A stretch of DNA of 60,734 nucleotides from Perkinsus olseni (lineage: Eukaryota): the NCBI GenBank assembly GCA_013115125.1, contig JABANN010000152.1:1-60734 (forward strand), in the 5' to 3' direction. The position numbers were made by a program, and so were the translations under genes. Under the pieces are notes generated by a model. That model worked only from the letters and a program-made list of their open reading frames with translations, did no database searches and had not been told where the DNA came from. This document shows, piece by piece, positions 53,701 through 60,734 of this stretch; within the stretch, counting starts at the first letter, position 1, and each line of letters starts with the position of its first letter.

Positions 53701-55022
53701 TCCTAAAGGTACCCCTACAGACGAGCCCTGTTGGCTATTCTCACCTCAAACACTGGAGATCGGAAGACCCCTTCAATATTCATCGTGGGCTGCTTGGACA
53801 GGTCACCAACCTCCTGTAGCCATCGGGAGATGACCTCGGCCTACTACCACACCTCCCCCACCTCATCGTCAGCAACCTACCTGTTGTGCGTCCGTTGGCT
53901 CCGGCAACTGCATGACGAAACCGACCTGCTGACACCGAGTACTTCGACAGATCATCTCTAGCATCAGTTGAAGGATAATCTGATCTTGATAATGACGAGT
54001 ATCCCGAGCTTCACTCTGCCGACCTTCAGATCCAAGGATACTCCTCGTAGCAGCTCCTCGCAGGCCCAGCTCTGTAACGGTGTCCGGAGATCAGTAGGAG
54101 TGGCCAAGGCAACTTCTAATACATACTTGGGAGTGACCAGTTGCAGACGATCTACACATCAGTAGTGGCGGCGAGACTGGTGGTGCAGGGTACTCACCAG
54201 TCATGCTGTGGTTATCATGGGCGGACAGGAGCCTGCACACCCTCTCCACTGTCGACCCCGTCGGTGGTGAGCCTCTACTGGTTATCATTATACACACTGG
54301 ACGAGATCGGACAGCCCCTTGGAGTGGGTCCTCGTCAACACCCAAGAGACATAACCCATCAGCCGCCGGCCCGACGACCCCTTCATTCGAGAAGTCAATC
54401 TCCTCGTCATGATCCTCAGAAAAGCCGGGGACTTCACCGCCCATCTCTTTGGCGAGGGAGGTGAGAGTCACTGACGATACCACATCAACCTGTTCAAGAG
54501 GGTAATGGGCCTGTCCAGTCGTGATGGGCTACCTCTAGGTGGTCGCTCCTCTGTACAGCAGAGGCCTCCTCTTCAGTATGACCACGATGGACCTCACCGA
54601 ACCCTATCAATGGCCGATGCCTGTCGGGGTTCTCGACCTCCATAACTCTCCTCCTAAGCTCCACTGCCACCTTGCGAGCTATCGAGAGCAGCTCAGAGGT
54701 GCATGCTTGGGTGAAGGACCCTTCCCTCCAGAAGAGAGGGTCCACCTCCTCGGGGTTGGTCAGTAATGAAGGCTGCTCCAGAACGGTGGCAGCGGGGCTG
54801 TCGGTGGAGGTGACTTTAGAGCGAAGAATATCGAGGATGTCAGCAGACCTAGGCGGGTAGCTGGCGTCGAGAGCCGCTGAGGTGGCCTTACTCCTGTCCC
54901 GAGGGGGTGAGTGAACGAGCTACTCCCAGAAGCCATCGGTGGAAAGTAGGGTAATCGATAGGGGTGTCTACTAGAGGCATTCGCCTCCTTATCGCTGCTG
55001 CTACTCACCATCATCTCCATTG
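47723..55022 (-). CDS. AK9: Adenylate kinase 9-like protein (several AK/P-loop and YHS-like domains), many introns; ends approximate
   Basis: VAVVGCRMAGKSTLARALAERF P-loop; CPVTLLDDGWLFPG, CPVAY...EYDGRLY and EFKGRCVVAL YHS-like motifs; C-terminal SALRYLAAYLRAHNP. Confidence 0.7.
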
Positions 55023-55709
55023 GTGATGATGTCAATCTCAGTCCTCGCTATGCGGTCACAGAGGCGGCCCCTCCTGTTAGACCTGAAAGGAGGCTGACGC
55101 CCTTCTCGTGGATGTAGACGACTACCGAGTTCCTTCAGTATCAGTGAGAGCCCCACCCAGGAGGGCATGGACTGTTAAGAGCTGTAGATGATGGAAGGAC
55201 GATGGTGTGATGGTAGCAGCAGGCCCTAGGTAAGAGGGTGATGGTGATAATGACGACCATAAGGCCATGACTATCCTGTCCATCTGAAGGGAACGGCTCC
55301 AGTAGGGCATGCTGCCAATCTCCCCACCCTTCGGTCCATGTTCCCTATTGGTGCTAGCTCTGAGGGCTTCTGTACGGCGGACCGCAATGCACCACCGTTG
55401 CAGGTGGAATCAATAGGGGAGGGGGTGAACATCAATACACGACTGAGGTCCCCCTTTCCCTGTTGTTTACTATCACACAACAGCTCCCAACGCTAGTAGG
55501 AGCCCAGCAAGATCATGCTTAAACTCAATCAGAGATGGGTAGGTGATCGAAGGCGGTCTCGGCATGCGTCTTGTGATACCATCGGCTAAGTCTCGACTGA
55601 TTTTTCTGAACACCCCGCAAGTCACTGATGGTCCTCAGATTTTAGGGCGCGCGCCAAAGACGTTGCGCAGATACGCTTTCGTCGTTGCCTTAACAGAGCA
55701 GGTTCCACC

Positions 55710-56228
55710 ATGGCGAACAAAAAGGAGCTGATATCAACCTACACTGACGAGGAGCAGTAGTCCAGCAGTATCCCTCTACTCCAGTAGGTCCCCTCTCCTC
55801 AGGTTTCGAGCGGTAGTTGAGGATGAGGGTGATAAGAGACTGCACGTAGTGGACGTGTACACCACTTGGTGCGGACCCTGTCAACAGATCGTGCCCACCT
55901 TCAAAAATCTACAGGTTGGCCTGCTGCCAGCATCACCCTTGGATACTCATCGACGCTTCAGATTAACATGGACGGGTTTGATGAGCGGATAAATCTGATA
56001 CAGATCGACCGTCAAACCGTTGGGGAGTATGCGGAGAAGTTCTCTAGTACCAGCAGCCCTCGGTTCCTCTTCTACAAGGTGCTCGGAGGTCCTTCATCAT
56101 TATGGTTGTGACGGCAGCTCTCCCCTCAGGATGGTTCCCTAGTAGTCGAGGTCGAAGGCTGCAACGCTCCGAAAATACTCGGGGCCGTAGAGGAGTACGC
56201 ACCTCCTCCCCCTGCTGCTGATGATTGA
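55710..56228 (+). CDS. Thioredoxin with WCGPC, resembling axonemal dynein-associated (NME8/TXNDC3-type) thioredoxins; three introns
   Basis: Spliced reading MANKKEL...LHVVDVYTTWCGPCQQIVPTF...PRFLFYK...VEGCNAPKI; largely missed by the ORF track. Confidence 0.85.
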
Positions 56229-56342
56229 TCGACGAAACGATTAACAAGAGCATGATGACAGCTAGAGGTGTCAGAATACTGCAGGAGTTGTGTTGTCCAA
56301 GGGTCATGCTTATTCTAGTAAGCTTCGTTTTGTAACCCTACA

Positions 56343-58293
56343 ATGGGCAACAGTTCATCGCGGCGTCGACAGACACCACAGGTAGTAGTTGTTGGGGGTA
56401 GCAGAGGTAGTTGTAGGGGAAAGTATGGTATAAGTGTTAGCGTACTCCACAACAAGAGCAGCACCCGGCAAGGCGGCAAGGCTCATCGTTTAGCCTGTGG
56501 CCTACGGTATCCTGGCTGGGGATATCTAGACCCGCTTCTCGTAGTGCTCAATCTGAGCAGCAGCCTCAGCAGCCTTCGAACACCCCACAACAACAGCAGG
56601 GGCGTGAAGGGTCATCGGTAATGTTGTTGTTCAGAAAAGTTCCTTTCGTATATCGTAGTATTAGAATGGTGGTCGCGAAGTAGAGTCTGGTACCGGTCTC
56701 TGGCCGACGGTCAATTGGTCTGGTCAATCGCCATTACGTCAGCAGCAACAGCAGCGTTTACAAGTACTGTAGTTTGTAGATGAGGAAGGGGGTGACGGTG
56801 GGGTTGGATGGATCCCTTCAGGCGGCATATCCTCAGCAAAGGCCTGTCTACGTCTTCCGAGATGGTCGATACGTCCCGGACCCAACGGCGCAACCGAGGT
56901 GGGGTAGAACCGGGGACCTCTGGGATGAGAGCCGATTATTTTACCGCAGGCCCTATCAAGCTCCCTACACTCCCTTCGCCCTCGTGCAGAGTATACCGAA
57001 GATCGAGCAGACATGCGTTGTTAAGAACCCCTGCAACTTGAGGAAGGATACTATCAAATTCATCGAAGACGGGTAGTAAGCCTGGTAGCGGTAGGCACCC
57101 TATGGGTAACCTCCTCAGTCCTGATGCTCCCCCCAAGCTCCGGTTTGTGGTGGACACGAGTGCCCCTTGCGTAGTGAGGTTACACTATTTCGTAGACGGT
57201 GATAGCGACTCACAATCGTCAGAAGCTTTACCTGAGGTTAAGGGAGGTAGGAGGGCAAGGGTTGGTTAGGTTGTGGATGGTCATGCATTCAGTACGGACG
57301 TATACGTACGAGCTGCCTCATGCTGGCTTGGGTCAGGAGGTCCTTACCAACGACCAATCTCAAGTAGTCGACATGTTTTGTATCTTCCATGATTGACCTC
57401 AAGATATCTTTCAGAGGCTAGACCGGGGTCGTCCACTTCCTGAGGGATGGACCTCTACCGCCTACACAAAAGGCTCCCATCGATATCCAGCAGTGGTGGA
57501 GATACTCTCACGAGGAGAGGCTAAGCCTAACGACAACCCGTTGCACATATTTTGTAAAGTAGTACCACTGCAGTGGGCTCCATCCGACCACTAACGTCAT
57601 CAAAGCAGGGTCAGCTCACCTATCTGAGTTTCCCGCCAGTCGAAGACTCGGCCGTGATGATGAACGTGAAGGTAGTGGAGATGGTTAAGGGATCCGATAG
57701 CGGACTTGGATGCCCTAGGTGTTGAAGCAGAGAGTGTTGTTTTCTACTCAAGCGTACGACATGCATGATATCTACGGCATTGAAGCACCACGGGCAGTCG
57801 CACATGAAGAGGAGGAAGATCGGAGAGGAGATACTGTGGAGGGGAAGGGTACGTCATCCTATTCGAAAGGTCTAAGGTTCAACACCCCGTTGAGACGTAT
57901 TACGCTTCAGTCGTTAAAGGCGGTGATTCCCCGTCGTCCTCTGAGGAAGAGTCCAGCAACGGTGAGGTCGCAGCTGGCCTTGCCCATAGTGGTTATGATG
58001 ACGAGGCTGATGCCGTGGCCAGCGAGTGTGTGATATGTCTGAGTGAACCGAGGACTACAGTCGTCCTTCCCTGTCGTCATATGTGCCTTTGCAACGACTG
58101 TGCCGTGGTAAGTCATCACCCAAAGGCCTACCCAGGGTAGTCATGCTGCTGTTCCTCTCAGCGAGTTCAAGAGGCCAACCCCGGGCATGTATCGGCCAAG
58201 TGCCCGATATGTCGACAGCCTGTCAGCTCGATGCTGCAGATAGTAGCCTCCTCGTCATCAGGACAGTCAGGTGCAGCAGCCCAGGCTACGTAG
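56343..58293 (+). CDS. MGRN1/RNF157/LOG2-family C3HC4 RING E3 ligase, N-myristoylation-type start, multi-exon
   Basis: MGNSSS start; [21 protein letters not shown]...[36 protein letters not shown]...CPICRQPV. Confidence 0.9.
57876..57886 (+). promoter_or_regulatory. Intronic B-box-like motif GGTTCAACACC
   Basis: In intron 57849-57910; followed by CCGTTGAGACG. Confidence 0.4.
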
Positions 58294-58302
58294 TACCCGG
58301 GG

Positions 58303-58313
58303 AGTTCAATCCC
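58303..58313 (+). promoter_or_regulatory. B-box-like motif AGTTCAATCCC just after the RING gene stop (or in a last intron)
   Basis: Matches RGTTCRANNCC; followed by TGGACAGTTCA. Confidence 0.4.
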
Positions 58314-58361
58314 TGGACAGTTCATTTGATATCATTGCTGCCATCGAGATGTATGTAACAT

Positions 58362-58364
58362 TGC

Positions 58365-58395
<31 letters not shown>

Positions 58396-58397
58396 GC
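58362..58397. repeat. (GTT)n microsatellite
   Basis: Run of ttg/gtt units. Confidence 0.9.
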
Positions 58398-58600
58398 CGA
58401 TGCTGAGACCATGGAGGACAGCGCCTCTTCTGAGGCACTAGTTTTCTGTTTTGTGTCCGTTAAGGTAGTAGCCCCCCTAGATTTCCCACTCGGCTGCAGC
58501 AGAGGATTGTATCATCATCACTTTTGTGTTACTGTACCTGCTGTTCTGTTGTGTTATTATCACGTCAATACGCTCTCACCTGTTCGGCCCTCTCTCCTCC

Positions 58601-60040
58601 ATGCCTCCCTTCAATAGGGTCCTCATCGCCAACCGTGGGGAGATAGCCTCCCGCATCGAGAGGGCCTGCCACGCCCTCGGATGTGAGTGCGTGGCAGTCT
58701 ACGTCAATGGTAGGTCTTATCATCTATGATCAGCAGCACGGCAACTCCCCTCATCAGGTGAGGAGATGGCCCCCCATATTAAGGCGTGTGATAAGTCGGT
58801 TTTGATTGGCTCGGGTGTCCGCGCCTACCTCGACGTCCGCACTATCGTCAAGGCTGCTGTGGACAGTGGTTGTGATGCCCTTCATCCTGGTTACGGTTTT
58901 CTCTCGGAGTCCTGGGACCTAGCAGAGGCCTGTGCAAAGGTAATCCCCTTTGATAGTACGCACCACAACCCACCCGTCAGGCTAACGTTAAATTCATTGG
59001 ACCCTCCCCTTCGGTGCTGCGTGCCTTCGGTGATAAGACTGCAGCGAGGAATATGGCTATTCAGTGCCAAGTTCCGGTATCTAAAGGTAGTGGGGTGGGA
59101 TTCAGGGATCTACCGCATTAACTTCCCGTGTTGAAGGTACTGGTATCGTTAAGGATGCATCCACATGCGAGTCGGAGGTCGCTCGGCTGGGTTTGAGGTA
59201 TCCTGTGGTAGTGAAGGCAGCGGGAGGCGGCGGTGGTAGAGGGATGAGAGTGGTACTAAGAACAGCACCAGCACCTACTGCATCATCAAAGGCGTCAGGT
59301 GTCCTCATCATCTGGTCTGAAAGCAGCGTTCGAGCGGTGCACTGCTGAGGCCCTGGCATCATTCGGTAATGGCGATGTGTTTGTCGAAGAATGGTGGGCT
59401 AATAGTAAACATATCGAAGTACAGGTAGGTGCTCTGCTTCCATCAGGATGATCCACTACCCCGCAGGTCCTTGGTGACACCACTGGTCAAGTATCGCATG
59501 CCTTTGCAAGGGACTGCAGCGTACAACTGAGGAATCAAAAAGTCGTCGAGATAGCGCCGCCTCAAGTGACGGGCGAGTTAGCTGCTGTGCTGCTGCTGTC
59601 TATGCTGCTCACTCTCAGGTGGATATCACAGAGGCTATTCTTAAGGCGGCTTGTGGTTTGGCTGAGAAGTCCGGCTACGTCACAGTGGGGACTGTTGAGT
59701 TCCTGATGGCAAAAGGAGGGAAGGACTTCATATTTCTGGAGGTGAGGATGGTGGAGTAGTGTTATCATCATCATTATCATTGCAGGTAAATCCTCGTATA
59801 CAAGTGGAGCACACTGTAACGGAAGAGGCATTCAATATTGATTTAGTCCAGACGCAGATGAAATTGGCTGCTGGTAGTAATAGCCCTCCTGTGATGTGGT
59901 TGCCACTCGTCTTTGCTGCCAGGGGAGCCACTGAAGGCGGTGTACCCTCCCACGCCACCACCAGCGATCAAATGCGCAATTCAAGCAAGGGTTGTATGGA
60001 CACCATCGCCCGGAGGAAGCCCAATGATAAAGAAGTAGTG
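58601..60040 (+). CDS. Biotin carboxylase (pyruvate/acyl-CoA carboxylase BC domain), multi-exon, apparently lacking its C-terminal part
   Basis: [88 protein letters not shown]. Confidence 0.85.
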
Positions 60041-60285
60041 AGGGAGGGAGGGATTAACAGAAGAACACCAAACACCACGGGTTACTGTCGAAAAGAGTAG
60101 TTGTTGATGTATCGTAACGGAGGCCTTCGAGGAATGATGAAGGCCGGTGGGAAGAAGTAGTAGTATAGCGAAAATTGCATCATCATCACAGTAGTTGTGG
60201 ACAACCACTATTGAGGGACTGTAAAGGAATAGAAGAAGAAATCGCCGCAGCCTTGCATGTATAGTATAGGAAGTAGCAGTAGGGT

Positions 60286-60734
60286 CTACTGCGGGTCGGG
60301 GGGTCCAATGGCCGTGTAGAGGCCACTGCAGCTGTAGAATTCGGGCTTGCAATACTGATCATTGCACTGAAGACAGGCAGCCGAGTTAGCAGCAGTACCC
60401 ATACCACAAGGGAAGCTACAATGCGCCATAGAGCATTGAGCATTAACACCGTAGCACATACCACAGTCACTAGATATCGGGGGTAGGTTGAAGGGGGTCT
60501 TGGACGAGTCCTTGGTGTAATCGACCAGGCAGCTGGCTACCTTATCGGGCTTGGCGAAGCTCTTGATGCTACAGCTCTCGATCTCCTTGGTGAACTCTTG
60601 ACCGCTGTAACTGGGGTTAGTAGTAGTCACCCACCAGCGGATCTCATCACGCTTGTTGCATTTACCACTAGCGATAGTAGACATCTTGACGGGGGAGGAG
60701 GATTTCTTAGACCATCCAGCAGAGTTCTTAGCCT
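60286..60734 (-). CDS. Cysteine-rich protein, 5' end probably outside the window
   Basis: Spaced cysteines (CGMCYG...CSMAHCSFPC...CLQCNDQYC...FYSCSG); frame stays open towards the window edge. Confidence 0.65.
   Translation of the reverse strand, partial: AKNSAGWSKKSSSPVKMSTIASGKCNKRDEIRWWVTTTNPSYSGQEFTKEIESCSIKSFAKPDKVASCLVDYTKDSSKTPFNLPPISSDCGMCYGVNAQCSMAHCSFPCGMGTAANSAACLQCNDQYCKPEFYSCSGLYTAIGPPDPQ

Overview
Eukaryotic, gene-dense scaffold with one N-gap, many short GT-AG introns (roughly 40-110 nt) and short intergenic spaces. Gene content and style suggest a Perkinsus-like alveolate (inference, not a database result). Recognisable genes: a frameshifted pepsin-family aspartyl protease, an NCBP3-like/YbaK-like fusion, an S1/P1 nuclease, a PH-domain protein, a decayed CAMK-type kinase, TDP2, the cytochrome bc1 Rieske protein, CFAP45, a decayed cathepsin B, two intronless paralogs with a membrane-interrupted TIR/HET-like domain, ORC1/CDC6, an EF-hand membrane protein, PGK, an AK9-like multi-adenylate-kinase gene, a WCGPC thioredoxin, an MGRN1/LOG2-type RING E3, an apparently truncated biotin carboxylase and a partial Cys-rich protein. 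There is also a LINE RNase H relic and a 62-bp tandem repeat. Two observations stand out. First, tRNA-type B-boxes (RGTTCRANNCC, usually with C at +10) recur almost only inside introns, in both orientations and without tRNA genes, resembling extra-TFIIIC (ETC) sites. Second, the TIR/HET-like pair has a nearly identical catalytic core but unalignable transmembrane segments. Exon boundaries were read by eye and are approximate.
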